Of a stretch of DNA of 64,000 nt, positions 1 through 9,791 are shown in pieces (positions within the stretch are counted from its first letter, which is position 1; the number at the start of each line of letters is the position of its first letter). Source of the stretch: Flavobacteriales bacterium (GTDB lineage: Bacteria; Bacteroidota; Bacteroidia; Flavobacteriales_F; PHOS-HE28). The notes beneath the pieces were generated by a model, which was not told the DNA's origin, did no database searches, and worked only from the letters and a program-made list of their open reading frames with translations. Where the stretch lies: assembly GCA_018057455.1 (NCBI GenBank), contig JAGPDT010000008.1, positions 4,494 through 68,493 on the forward strand, written 5' to 3'. A program made the position numbers and the translations under genes.

Positions 1-906
1 AGTGGCACCACGGGGCCACCCAAGCTCATCCGCATTCCCCGGCGCGACCTCGTGCGCAGTGCGCGCCTCACGGCGGATGCCTTCGGGCTGAACGAAGGTG
101 ACCGTGCCCTGCTGTGCCTGCCTTGCACGTACATCGCCGGCAAGATGATGGTGGTGCGCGCCATGGCCCTCGGGTTGGACCTGCACGTCATTGATCCGCG
201 CGGCAGCGTGTTGGACAATCTGATGGTCCGGGACGCATTCCGCTTCACGGCCATGGTACCGCTGCAACTGCACCGCGCCATCCAGGAAGACCGCAAGCGC
301 GTGGAAGCGCAGTTCCACACCATCCTGCTCGGTGGCGGGCCGGTGAGCCAGGCGTTGGAAGAAGACCTGCAGGGCCTGCGCACCTCGGTGTTCCAAGGGT
401 ACGGCAGCACCGAGACCGTTACGCACGTGGCCCTGCGGCGCGTGAACGGGCCCGGGCGCAGCGAGCGCTACCATGCCATCGGTGACGTGTCCTTCAGCAC
501 CGACCACCGGGGCTGCCTGGTGGTGAACACCCCGCACCTTGCGCGCAAGCAACAGGTCACCAACGACTTGGTGGACCTGAAGGATGCCACGCAGTTCCGG
601 TGGCGGGGCCGCGCGGACCACGTGATCCTCAGCGGCGGCAAGAAGATCTATCCCGAAGAGCTGGAAAGCCGCACGGCCGGGCTCATTCCCTACGCCCATT
701 TTTTCACGGCGGTGCCGGACGACCGCTTGGGGCAGGCGGTGGCCCTGGTATTGGAAACGGAGGAACCCGCGGAACGGGTGGTGGACGATGTGGTCCAGTC
801 GCTGATCAAGGTGCTGGGCATGCATGAGATGCCGCGCCGGGTAACCGCAATGCGCACATTCAAGCGTACCACGTCGGGCAAGGTGGTGCGCACCTTATTG
901 CCGTGA
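1..906 (+). CDS. AMP-binding acyl-CoA ligase, O-succinylbenzoate-CoA ligase (MenE)-like; 5' end outside the window
   Basis: Frame 1 is open from base 1 (SGTTGPPK adenylate-forming P-loop); later YGSTET, GRADHVILSGG and SGKV motifs. Confidence 0.75.
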   Translation, partial: SGTTGPPKLIRIPRRDLVRSARLTADAFGLNEGDRALLCLPCTYIAGKMMVVRAMALGLDLHVIDPRGSVLDNLMVRDAFRFTAMVPLQLHRAIQEDRKRVEAQFHTILLGGGPVSQALEEDLQGLRTSVFQGYGSTETVTHVALRRVNGPGRSERYHAIGDVSFSTDHRGCLVVNTPHLARKQQVTNDLVDLKDATQFRWRGRADHVILSGGKKIYPEELESRTAGLIPYAHFFTAVPDDRLGQAVALVLETEEPAERVVDDVVQSLIKVLGMHEMPRRVTAMRTFKRTTSGKVVRTLLP

Positions 907-1695
907 TCCTTGTTCGGGTCGTTCCTCTTCCAGGCTCAGCACAAGCTGTTGCCCCTTCCGTTCAAATTGGCGCATCAGGAAGTGGATGCAGAGAATCAGG
1001 CCGGTCATTTCCAGCGTTTCCTCCATGGTGCAGGCGAACAAGTACGCCGGTTCCATGAACAGCCAGCAGGAACTGGGGTCGTTGTACAGTTCACAGGGCA
1101 TCCATGGGAAGAGGGAACTGTCCTGGGGAGTGAACGTCCAGCCCACTTTGGAACCGGCCATCTCAAAGCCGATGGCCCCGGCGACATACACGGCACCGCT
1201 GATCAGCAGCCCGCGCCGGAGGAGGGGTTCCAGGCGCAGGAACCAACGGCCCAAGGTGAGCACCAGGGCCACCACTGCTGCGGCATAGGGAATGATCCAG
1301 CCGTTGCGCAGCCAAGCCAGGGTGCCTTGGTCCATGTCGCTCCGGCTGAGCAGGCGCATGGTGAAGGAGCCGAACTTCTCGTGGATCTGGGAACCTTCAT
1401 CAAAACCGAGGAAGATGAACAGGGCCACCATGAGGAACCAGCCCCACCGTTCGCTGCGCGCCGAGGAGCGGCCATGCACGTGGAACAGGGCCGCAGCGAT
1501 GAAAAAGAGCAATGCATTGAAAAAGGTGGGCAGGTTGGATTCCATGTCCATGTCCACCAGTTGGGTGAGCGCGCCCACCCGGATGTGCAGCACCATATGG
1601 CAGAAGGCCACCATCAAGTGCAGGAACACCAGCACGGCCAAAATGGCCCCAAGGGCGCGGACCAACCGGCTCCGATGCAGCTTGATGCGCAACAT
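895..1695 (-). CDS. Multi-pass membrane protein of unknown function
   Basis: 266-aa ORF with about 6 hydrophobic segments and charged motifs MESNLPTFF, DEGSQIHE, EETLEM. Confidence 0.7.
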   Translation of the reverse strand: MLRIKLHRSRLVRALGAILAVLVFLHLMVAFCHMVLHIRVGALTQLVDMDMESNLPTFFNALLFFIAAALFHVHGRSSARSERWGWFLMVALFIFLGFDEGSQIHEKFGSFTMRLLSRSDMDQGTLAWLRNGWIIPYAAAVVALVLTLGRWFLRLEPLLRRGLLISGAVYVAGAIGFEMAGSKVGWTFTPQDSSLFPWMPCELYNDPSSCWLFMEPAYLFACTMEETLEMTGLILCIHFLMRQFERKGQQLVLSLEEERPEQGSRQ

Positions 1696-1752
1696 GGCGG
1701 CCCTGGCCGGGCAACCCGCCCCGAGCCAAAGGCGCGGGGCGGGGCCCGAAGA

Positions 1753-1899
1753 TCATTTGCCCAGGATCTTGAACATGCCCGTACCGCACTCGGGGCATTT
1801 GCCCTTCATGGCCTTGCGGCCGTTGGCCATGGTCACTTCAGCGGCGTCCTTCATGTTCCGCTTGGCCTTGCACTTCACGCAATATGCTTCAACTGCCAT
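1753..1899 (-). CDS. Small Cys4 zinc-ribbon protein, DUF5679-like (alternative ATG at 1905)
   Basis: Manual translation: MAVEAYCVKCKAKRNMKDAAEVTMANGRKAMKGKCPECGTGMFKILGK; two CxxC pairs; GC3-rich codons; not in the ORF track. Confidence 0.8.
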   Translation of the reverse strand: MAVEAYCVKCKAKRNMKDAAEVTMANGRKAMKGKCPECGTGMFKILGK

Positions 1900-2003
1900 T
1901 GTCATCAGGAGTTTTTTCCAGGCCGACAGGCCTGATGGTTCAACGGCAAGGTAGGGCCATGCAAGGGTGCCCGGCGCAAGGAACGGACAAGTTTTTTCAA
2001 CAA

Positions 2004-3008
2004 TTACCGGACTGCCGGGCTTGTTACCTGCTGAGCGGTTCGGTATCCGGCACGGCTGCGTATGCGTTCCAAGGTGGTTCGGGCCACGGCCCGCGCCTTT
2101 TCAGCACCCACGGCCAACTGCCGGTCCAGCTCCGTCCGGTCCGCCATCAGCGCTTGGAAGATGGAACGTTCCTTGGCAAAGCGGTCCAGGAGCACGCCCA
2201 GCAGTTCCTGCTTGGCATGGCCATAGCCGTAGCCGCCGGCCAGGTACTTGGCTTCCATCGCGCCCACGGCTTCCGGAGCGGCCACCAGCTTGAACAATTG
2301 GAATACGTTGTCGGTGGCCGGGTCCTTGGGGTCGTCCAGCGCCTTGCTGTCCGTTATGATGCCCATGACCTGCTTCTTGAGGTCTTTTTCCGGCAGGAAG
2401 ATGTTGAGGGTGTTGTTGTAGCTCTTGCTCATTTTCCGGCCGTCGGTGCCGGGGATGGTCATCAGCTGTTCATCGATCCGGGCCTCGGGCACCACGAACG
2501 TGTCTTGGCCATAGGTGCGGTTGAAGGTGGCCGCAATGTCCCGGGTGATCTCCAGGTGCTGCTTCTGGTCCTTGCCCACGGGCACCAGGTCGGTGTCGTA
2601 GAGCAGGATGTCCGCGGCCATCAGCACCGGGTAGTAGAAGAGGCCGGCGTTCACCAGGCTCACGTTGTCGCTCTTGTCCTTGAAGGAGTGGGCGTTGGCC
2701 AGCATGGGGTAGGGCGTGAGGCAGCCCAGGTACCAGGCCAGTTGGGTCACTTCGGCCACGTCGCTCTGCCGGTAGAAGGTCACCTTGTCCACATCCAGGC
2801 CGCAGGCCAGCCAGGCCGCGGCCACGGCATGGGTGTTTTCATGCAGCACCTGCGGATCGCGCACGGTGGTGAAGGAGTGGAGGTCGGCGATGAAGAGGAA
2901 GGCATCGTTGCCTGTGGCACGCGCCATGTCGATGGCCGGCAGGATGGCCCCCAGCAGGTTGCCCAAGTGGGGCACGCCTGTGCTCTGGATGCCGGTAAGA
3001 ATACGCAT
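2004..3008 (-). CDS. trpS: Tryptophan--tRNA ligase
   Basis: RILTGIQSTG start, HLGN (HIGH) and KMSKS motifs, LMAADILLY, VPVGKDQKQH. Confidence 0.97.
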   Translation of the reverse strand: MRILTGIQSTGVPHLGNLLGAILPAIDMARATGNDAFLFIADLHSFTTVRDPQVLHENTHAVAAAWLACGLDVDKVTFYRQSDVAEVTQLAWYLGCLTPYPMLANAHSFKDKSDNVSLVNAGLFYYPVLMAADILLYDTDLVPVGKDQKQHLEITRDIAATFNRTYGQDTFVVPEARIDEQLMTIPGTDGRKMSKSYNNTLNIFLPEKDLKKQVMGIITDSKALDDPKDPATDNVFQLFKLVAAPEAVGAMEAKYLAGGYGYGHAKQELLGVLLDRFAKERSIFQALMADRTELDRQLAVGAEKARAVARTTLERIRSRAGYRTAQQVTSPAVR

Positions 3009-3137
3009 GTGTGCCGTATTTGGTCGTGCCCCGGGTGGTTCTTTCGGGCGGGGCACGAAGATAGAAGGTAGCTTCGCGCTTCATTTTCCCGGGCAACCAT
3101 CGATCACGGAACCAAGCATACCGCACCCCGGCCCCGG

Positions 3138-3920
3138 GTGGCCGTGGGCGAACACCTGCGCAGCCCGCTGCGCAAGTGGGCCTTCGCTTTGTCGCGCCTG
3201 GTGTTCAAGCTGTGGTTCGCGCTGGTCTTCGCCTTTTCGCTGGTGTTGCTGTACCTCCCTTTCCGGGTGCTGCTGCGCAAGCCAAAGGGCTATCCGGCGG
3301 CCTTCCGGCTGATGCGTGCCTGGGCCCGCTTCCTGGGCTTCGCCGGCCTGATGCCCCTGCGCGTGGAATGGACCGGTGTGCTGCCTCCCGCGCCCTATGT
3401 GGTATGCTTCAACCACAGCAGCTACCTGGACATTGTGCACGCGTTCAATGTGCTGCCCGAGTACTTCGTCTTCCTGGGCAAGCATGAACTGCTGTACTGG
3501 CCCCTGTTCAACATTTTCTTCCAGGACATGCACATTGCGGTGAACCGCGCCAATGGTGCCGAGGCCGCAAGGGCGTTGATGCGTGCGGGCAGGGCCTTGG
3601 ACCAGGGCATTTCGGTGGGGCTCTTTCCCGAGGGCACCATTTCCGCGGAGGCTCCGCGCATGCTGCCGTTCAAGGACGGCGCCTTCCGCCTGGCGGTGAA
3701 GAAACAGGTGCCCATCGTGCCCATCACCTTCGTGAACAACTGGTTGTTGTTCGGCGATCCCGAACAGCCCTGGAGCCGCGGCCGGCCGGGCGTGGCCCGT
3801 GCGGTGGTGCACCCTGCCGTGCCCACCCAAGGGCTGGGTGCCTCCGATGTGGATACCTTGCGCCAACGAGTTTTTGACGCCATTGAAGGACCTTTGCGCA
3901 AAGCCTACCCTGAGCCATGA
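3138..3920 (+). CDS. plsC: 1-acyl-sn-glycerol-3-phosphate acyltransferase
   Basis: NHSSYLD and FPEGT acyltransferase motifs; N-terminal TM segment. Confidence 0.85.
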   Translation: MAVGEHLRSPLRKWAFALSRLVFKLWFALVFAFSLVLLYLPFRVLLRKPKGYPAAFRLMRAWARFLGFAGLMPLRVEWTGVLPPAPYVVCFNHSSYLDIVHAFNVLPEYFVFLGKHELLYWPLFNIFFQDMHIAVNRANGAEAARALMRAGRALDQGISVGLFPEGTISAEAPRMLPFKDGAFRLAVKKQVPIVPITFVNNWLLFGDPEQPWSRGRPGVARAVVHPAVPTQGLGASDVDTLRQRVFDAIEGPLRKAYPEP

Positions 3921-4207
3921 AGATCGACGAGAAGACCCTGGACCGCATTGCGGAACTGGCCCGTTTGGACATGACCGACCCCGCCGTGCGGGCCTCCACG
4001 CTGGTGGACATGCAGCGGGTGATCAACTTCGTGGAGGTCCTCGCGCAGGTGGACACCACCGGCGTGGAGCCGTTGATCTTCATGACCGAGGAGCGGGACG
4101 TGCTGCGCGCCGACGAGGCTTTCATGGAGATCACCAAGGAACAAGCGCTGGCCAACGCCCCCGTGAAGGACAGTGATTATTTCAAAGTGCCCAAGGTGGT
4201 GGGCTGA
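3917..4207 (+). CDS. gatC: Asp/Glu-tRNA amidotransferase subunit C
   Basis: 96 aa; IAELARL, LRADE, LANAP, YFKVPKV GatC pattern; ATGA overlap with plsC. Confidence 0.9.
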   Translation: MKIDEKTLDRIAELARLDMTDPAVRASTLVDMQRVINFVEVLAQVDTTGVEPLIFMTEERDVLRADEAFMEITKEQALANAPVKDSDYFKVPKVVG

Positions 4208-4280
4208 TCCCCTGCCGAAAGCACCGGTGCTGGATATATTCGCGGACCACCCCCGGCCACAGGCCGCATACCCCCAAGCC

Positions 4281-5471
4281 ATGTACGGAAAATTCAAGGA
4301 CCATTTGGCCAAGGAACTGGCCGCCATCGGGCAGGCCGGCCTTTTCAAGCACGAGCGCATCATCACCAGCGGACAAGGTGCCGAGATCACCGTCAACGGG
4401 CGGCAGGTGCTGAACTTCTGCGCCAACAACTACCTCGGCCTCAGCTCCGACCCGCGGGTGGTGCAGGCGGCCCATGCTGCGCTGGATTCCCATGGCTACG
4501 GCATGAGCAGCGTGCGCTTCATCTGCGGCACGCAGGACATCCACAAGGAGCTGGAGGAGAAGATCGCCCGCTTCCACGGCACCGAGGACACCATCCTGTA
4601 TGCCGCTTGTTTCGATGCCAATGGCGGCGTGTTCGAACCCCTGCTCGGCCAGGAGGACGCCATCATCAGCGACTCGCTCAACCACGCCAGCATCATCGAC
4701 GGTGTCCGCTTGTGCAAGGCCATGCGCTACCGCTATGCCAACAACGACATGGCGGACCTGGAGCAACAGTTGAAGACCGCGCGCAAGGACGGCGCCAAGC
4801 ACATCATCATCGTCACCGACGGGGTGTTCAGCATGGACGGCATCATCGCCGACATGAAGGGCATCTGCGACCTGGCGGACCGCTACGAGGCCATGGTGAT
4901 GGTGGACGAATGCCATGCCGCCGGTTTCATCGGGCCCACCGGCCGCGGCAGCGTGGAGCATTGCGGGGTCACCGGCCGGGTGGACATCATCACCGGCACT
5001 TTGGGCAAGGCCTTGGGGGGCGCCATGGGCGGCTACACCACCGGCCGCAAGGAGATCATTGAGATGCTGCGCCAGCGCTCCCGTCCGTACCTCTTCAGCA
5101 ACTCGCTGGCCCCGGCCATCGTGGGCGCCTCCATCAAAGTGATCGACTTGCTGAGCAGCTCCACCGAGCTGCACGACAAGTTGGAGCGCAACGTGAAGCA
5201 GTTCCGCACGGGGATCGAGGCATTGGGCTTCAAGACGCGCGGCGCCGGTGCGGCCATTGTGCCGGTGATGCTGGGCGACGCCAAGCTGAGCCAGCAAATG
5301 GCCGACAAGCTGCTGGACCAAGGCATCTACGTCATCGGTTTCTTCTACCCGGTGGTGCCCAAGGACCAAGCGCGTATCCGTGTGCAGCTGAGCGCCGCAC
5401 ATACGTCCACGCAGATCGAGAAGGCGTTGGCCGCGTTTGCCAAGGTGGGGGAGGAGCTGGGTGTGATCTGA
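4281..5471 (+). CDS. kbl: Glycine C-acetyltransferase (2-amino-3-ketobutyrate CoA ligase)
   Basis: [46 protein letters not shown] (PLP lysine), RSRPYLFSN. Confidence 0.95.
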   Translation: MYGKFKDHLAKELAAIGQAGLFKHERIITSGQGAEITVNGRQVLNFCANNYLGLSSDPRVVQAAHAALDSHGYGMSSVRFICGTQDIHKELEEKIARFHGTEDTILYAACFDANGGVFEPLLGQEDAIISDSLNHASIIDGVRLCKAMRYRYANNDMADLEQQLKTARKDGAKHIIIVTDGVFSMDGIIADMKGICDLADRYEAMVMVDECHAAGFIGPTGRGSVEHCGVTGRVDIITGTLGKALGGAMGGYTTGRKEIIEMLRQRSRPYLFSNSLAPAIVGASIKVIDLLSSSTELHDKLERNVKQFRTGIEALGFKTRGAGAAIVPVMLGDAKLSQQMADKLLDQGIYVIGFFYPVVPKDQARIRVQLSAAHTSTQIEKALAAFAKVGEELGVI

Positions 5472-5502
5472 AACCGGGCAAGGGTATGGCCCGCTTGGGG
5501 CA

Positions 5503-6399
5503 CTACCGCGCCGTCTCGTATTGTACGATCTCGATCAGGCCGGTCCCCTCGTCGCGGGTGATCAGGGCCTTGAGGAACAGGGTGCCCTCGGCATAGAGGA
5601 ATTCGCTGTGCCGTACCAAGGCGCCGTTGTGGAGCAGGTCGCGGGTCAACGGGTTGCCGGCCGGGTCGTAGGTCCATTTCCAAGTGTTCCGGTACGGCAC
5701 GCCCAGATCGGGCTGTTCGTGGCGTTCGGCCAGGCGGCCCTTGGCATCATAGGTGAACGTGGTGCGCCCGCGGCGCTGGGTGATCAGGTTGCGGCGCTCG
5801 ATCCGCTGGAGGTAACCCAGCGCATCGCGTGTAAAGGTCTCCTCCTCGAAGGGCCGGCCGCGGTCGTTCAAGCGGGTACGCGTCCATGTGCTGTCGTTCA
5901 ACACGGTGTACTGCAGGCGCTCATCGCTGACGATCGTGGAGGTCCCTTCCACGAAACGGTACCGGTCCTTGCCGAGGTTTTCCAGGCGTACATGCTCCTC
6001 GCGCTCCACACGGCCTTGGGCATCGTAGCCCTGGCGCAGGGCGAAATAGCCATGGAGGTCGTTGTGGAGTTCCTGCAGCAGGCGGCCTGAAGCATCATAG
6101 CTGTACATCACCGAGGCGGTGTCGAAGCCCGTTCCGGGGTGGCCGAAGGAGTTGTTGGCATAGCCCAGGCGCCCATCCGCGCCGAAGCGGTAGAGGTGGT
6201 GGCGGTCCAACGCCTGCATGGGCCGCCCGTCGCGCTTCACCCAGGAACGGCCGCTGATGCTCTTGACGCCGTTGCGGGCGATGAAGACCGGGTTGAACCG
6301 TAGCCCTTGGGGGTCTTCCGGGCCGGGTTCAACCAGCAGGACCTGGGCGGGCAAGGCCAGGTGGGCCGTAAGTGCGGCCAGGAGCAGGAGCTTTCTCAT
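5503..6399 (-). CDS. Exported protein with YD/RHS-like beta-hairpin repeats
   Basis: Signal peptide [19 protein letters not shown]; repeats YDASGRL, YDAQGRV, YDAKGRL, YDPAGNP. Confidence 0.65.
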   Translation of the reverse strand: MRKLLLLAALTAHLALPAQVLLVEPGPEDPQGLRFNPVFIARNGVKSISGRSWVKRDGRPMQALDRHHLYRFGADGRLGYANNSFGHPGTGFDTASVMYSYDASGRLLQELHNDLHGYFALRQGYDAQGRVEREEHVRLENLGKDRYRFVEGTSTIVSDERLQYTVLNDSTWTRTRLNDRGRPFEEETFTRDALGYLQRIERRNLITQRRGRTTFTYDAKGRLAERHEQPDLGVPYRNTWKWTYDPAGNPLTRDLLHNGALVRHSEFLYAEGTLFLKALITRDEGTGLIEIVQYETAR

Positions 6400-8411
6400 T
6401 GCATTTGGATCAAGGCGGCCGCCACGCTGCCCACCGGCAGTTGGCACACCTTGTTCTCGCAGACAAAGATGGAGGTGGCGTCTTTCCGGACCTTGCCTTT
6501 GAGCAGCGGCAGGCCGCTTGGCCCGGTGGCACCCATGAAGAGCCGCCCCGGGATATAATGTGCGTGGAATTCCTTGAGCCGATCGATCGCGCCGGGGCCG
6601 GTGATGGCGATCTCATACCAAGGATGGACCTGGTCCATCAGCACCTGTGCCCAGTTGGAGAAACTCGAGGGATAGTCCTGCATGCCGGGCAGGACCTGGT
6701 TGAGCTGCCTGCGGCTGATCGCCAGCAGCTCCGGGTCGTCCAGCAGATGCCCCAATGCGAACAGCCCTTTGGCCATGCTGGAGTTGGATGCGGGGACCAC
6801 ATTGTCATGGATCCCGGTGTGCCGGGTGATCAGGGCGGGGTCCAGGTTGCTGGTGAAAAGGAACAGGCCGGTGGCCTCGTCCAGGAAATGGTTGATGGCG
6901 TATGCGGCCAGCTGGCGGGCCTCGGTGATCCACTGTTCGTTGAAGTCGCTCTGATAGAGGCTGAGCAGGGCCTCGATGCAGAAGCCGTAATCCTCCAAGT
7001 AGCCGTTGATGGCAGGGGTGCCGGAGGCACGGTTGTGCCACAGGCCTCCGTCGGGCCGTTTGCAGGCGCTGAGCAGCAGCCGCATGGTCTGTTGCGCGCG
7101 TTGCAGGTTCCCAGGGCCGCCGAAGGCATTGTGCGCGTCACAGAGCGCGCTCACCATCAGCGCGTTCCAGGAGGTGAGCACCTTGTGGTCCAGCCCGGGG
7201 CGCGGGCGCTGGTCCCGTGCCGCCATCAACAAGGCATCCACACGGGCGCGCTGCGTGGCCAGTTCCTCCAGGGTGAGGCCGTGCTTGCGCGCATAGTCGG
7301 CATCGGCCATGGTGCGCAGCAGGATGTTGCGGCCCTGTTCCCAGTAGCCTGCGCCACCGGCGTTGTAGTAGTCCCGGGCAAACCCCGCGTCCTCGCCCAG
7401 CGTTGCTTCCAGTTGCTCTTCGGTCCAGAGGTAGAACAGGCCCTCTTCGCCTTCGCTGTCGGCATCCAACGCGCTGTACCATCCGCCATCGGGCGCAAGC
7501 ATTTCCCGCACCGCCCAGCCGATGATGCGGTCCACCACGGCCCGGTAGGCCTCATCATGGAAAGCCTGGTAGGCATGGCTGTACAAGGAAATGAGCTGTG
7601 CGTTGTCGTACAGCATCTTCTCGAAGTGCGGCACCTTCCAGGCGATGTCGGTGCTGTAGCGGGAGAAGCCGCCACCGATCTGGTCGTGGATGCCGCCTTG
7701 CGCCATGTTGGCCAAAGTGCGCCGCACCTGTTCGGCCATGCCTTGGTGGTGGGTGGCGAGGGCGTAGCGCAACAGGAATTCGTAGTTGTTGGGCAGTGGG
7801 AATTTCGGGGCCTGCTCCGGGCCGCCCCACCGGGTATCGAACCCCTTGGCGAAGCCTTCCGCCAGACGGTCCACATCGTCCCTGGTGAAGTCCGGACCTT
7901 GTGTGTTGGGCGCGATCAGTTCACCCTGCTTCAAGCCCGCATGCAGCCGTGTGGCGTAGTCTTCGAGTTTGGCGGGATCCGCTTTCCACAGGCCGGCCAA
8001 TTGTTCCACCACGCGGGTCCACTGGTCCTTGGGGAAGTAGGTGCCACCATGCACGGGCCTGCCGTCGGGCAGTGTGAAGCAGTTCAGGGGCCAGCCGCCA
8101 CGTTGGGCCAGTAGCTGCACCGCGGCCATGTACACGTGGTCCACATCGGGCCGCTCCTCGCGGTCCACCTTGATGCACACCAGGTGCCGGTTCATCAGCC
8201 GGGCCACGTCCTCGTCCACGAAACTCTCCCGCTCCATGACGTGGCACCAATGGCAGGTGCTGTACCCGATGCTCACCAGCACCAGCTTGTTCTCCGCCCG
8301 TGCCTTGGCAAAGGCCGCTTCACCCCAGGGCTGCCAATCCACGGGGTTGTGCGCGTGCTGCAGCAGGTACGGGCTGGTTTCACGGGCCAGGCGGTTGGTA
8401 TGGGCGTGCAT
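6396..8411 (-). CDS. Thioredoxin-domain / (alpha/alpha)6-barrel protein (YyaL/SPATA20, DUF255 family)
   Basis: [57 protein letters not shown]. Confidence 0.92.
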   Translation of the reverse strand: MHAHTNRLARETSPYLLQHAHNPVDWQPWGEAAFAKARAENKLVLVSIGYSTCHWCHVMERESFVDEDVARLMNRHLVCIKVDREERPDVDHVYMAAVQLLAQRGGWPLNCFTLPDGRPVHGGTYFPKDQWTRVVEQLAGLWKADPAKLEDYATRLHAGLKQGELIAPNTQGPDFTRDDVDRLAEGFAKGFDTRWGGPEQAPKFPLPNNYEFLLRYALATHHQGMAEQVRRTLANMAQGGIHDQIGGGFSRYSTDIAWKVPHFEKMLYDNAQLISLYSHAYQAFHDEAYRAVVDRIIGWAVREMLAPDGGWYSALDADSEGEEGLFYLWTEEQLEATLGEDAGFARDYYNAGGAGYWEQGRNILLRTMADADYARKHGLTLEELATQRARVDALLMAARDQRPRPGLDHKVLTSWNALMVSALCDAHNAFGGPGNLQRAQQTMRLLLSACKRPDGGLWHNRASGTPAINGYLEDYGFCIEALLSLYQSDFNEQWITEARQLAAYAINHFLDEATGLFLFTSNLDPALITRHTGIHDNVVPASNSSMAKGLFALGHLLDDPELLAISRRQLNQVLPGMQDYPSSFSNWAQVLMDQVHPWYEIAITGPGAIDRLKEFHAHYIPGRLFMGATGPSGLPLLKGKVRKDATSIFVCENKVCQLPVGSVAAALIQMQ

Positions 8412-8497
8412 GGTATCTTTCACGGGTGGAGCAGGGAGCGGGCGAAGGTGCACGGGCGGGGGCCCGGCCCGGTTGGCCGTTTGGCGCCCATGCAAGG

Positions 8498-9100
8498 ATG
8501 GTGCAAAGTAGAACGGCCTTTTGGCAACGGCGCGGGCCCGCGCCACGCGCCCGTCAACAACGCGGCGTTGATGCCGGGGCCGAAGGGCCGCAGTGGCCGG
8601 TGGCCCTGATGCTGCTGGGCTTGTTCGGCATCCTCTTCATCTTCTATTCCATCGGCCAGCTTACCCTGGTCACCTATACGGAACTGTTCCGCTGGTTCGC
8701 CCTTTTTGCATCCGCGGGGAACCTGGTGCCGCAGCGCTGGTATGCCACGGCCCTGAAGATGGACCGCATGGAGTGGTTCTGGTTCAACCTGCTGGCCATC
8801 GGGCCCCTGCTGCTGGGCGCGTGCCTGGTGGTGAACTTCGTTCTTCACGGGCCGGAGGAACGCATGCTCGTGGGGCAGGGGGGGCGTTTGGACCTGCAGC
8901 GTTATTGGCGGGAGCACCGGGCGTTGCCGCCGCACTCGCCTTGGCCTTCGGACTCCGTTGCCGACCCCGTAAAGGACCGTGCGGCCATGACCTCCGCCCA
9001 GCCTGGTGATGCGGTATTCGGATTGGCCGAGGGGTGTTTGGGTTACCTGGTGATCACCACCCGTGCGCCGGTGCAGGGCGGTGATCGGCAGGAGCAATAG
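8498..9100 (+). CDS. Hypothetical membrane protein (start uncertain; alternative ATG at 8609)
   Basis: Three hydrophobic segments in the N-terminal half; divergent from the YyaL-like gene. Confidence 0.55.
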   Translation: MVQSRTAFWQRRGPAPRARQQRGVDAGAEGPQWPVALMLLGLFGILFIFYSIGQLTLVTYTELFRWFALFASAGNLVPQRWYATALKMDRMEWFWFNLLAIGPLLLGACLVVNFVLHGPEERMLVGQGGRLDLQRYWREHRALPPHSPWPSDSVADPVKDRAAMTSAQPGDAVFGLAEGCLGYLVITTRAPVQGGDRQEQ

Positions 9101-9122
9101 GGGTCCGCACCTTCACAGGCCC

Positions 9123-9641
9123 TCAGCGCAAGTTCATCGCGTGCTGGGCCTCAAAGGGGAACCGTTTACGCAGCCAACGGGCGCGGCCTTCCACCGTGCC
9201 TTTTACGCCGAGCTTCATGGTGCCGCTGAGCGCGGAGCCCAGCAGCAGTGGGAGCACGCCCTGTCCTTCAGCAAAATCCGCCCTCAGGGGAACGGCATAG
9301 GTGGCCGTGCTGTTGGGGGCCAATACCACCGCACTGTCCAGCTCGGCCTTGCCAATGGCCACGTCGTTCAAATAGAGGTCCGCATCGGGGTTGGTCACCG
9401 TGATGCGGAAGTCGTTGGGGTTGTTCACTTCCACGTTGATGACCGCCGAGAGGCCCTTGGCGTCCATGCGGGTGAGCCGGGCATCACGCACGCCGAGCAA
9501 TTCCACTTCATGGTAGTTGAGGCAGCCGGTGAGGAGCAGGGGAAGCAGCAGGGCTGGCAGGAATGCGGCCCGGTTGGGCGTTGCGGGCCATGGAAGCCCG
9601 GAGGCGCGGAGGATTGCCATGGTCATTTGGATGCGGGCCAT
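9123..9641 (-). CDS. LEA_2/WHy-domain lipoprotein (start uncertain)
   Basis: Lipobox LLTGC; VEVNNPNDFRITV, ADLYLNDVAIG and YAVPLRA LEA_2 pattern. Confidence 0.75.
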   Translation of the reverse strand: MARIQMTMAILRASGLPWPATPNRAAFLPALLLPLLLTGCLNYHEVELLGVRDARLTRMDAKGLSAVINVEVNNPNDFRITVTNPDADLYLNDVAIGKAELDSAVVLAPNSTATYAVPLRADFAEGQGVLPLLLGSALSGTMKLGVKGTVEGRARWLRKRFPFEAQHAMNLR

Positions 9642-9791
9642 TGCACGGTTTGCTTCTTTGTACGGCCGTGGGGTGGGGGCTGTTCCGGGGAAGGGTATTG
9701 AAGCCGCGGAGATGCGGAGGCGAAGAGCAAGGCCACAGGTCCTGCCGGGTGGTAGCCTTGCACCGGTTGGGGCCAAATCCCACACCAACGC

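Noticed and set aside
3917-4207. gatC without gatA or gatB nearby
   Set aside because: Dispersed gat genes are usual in Bacteroidota; not anomalous
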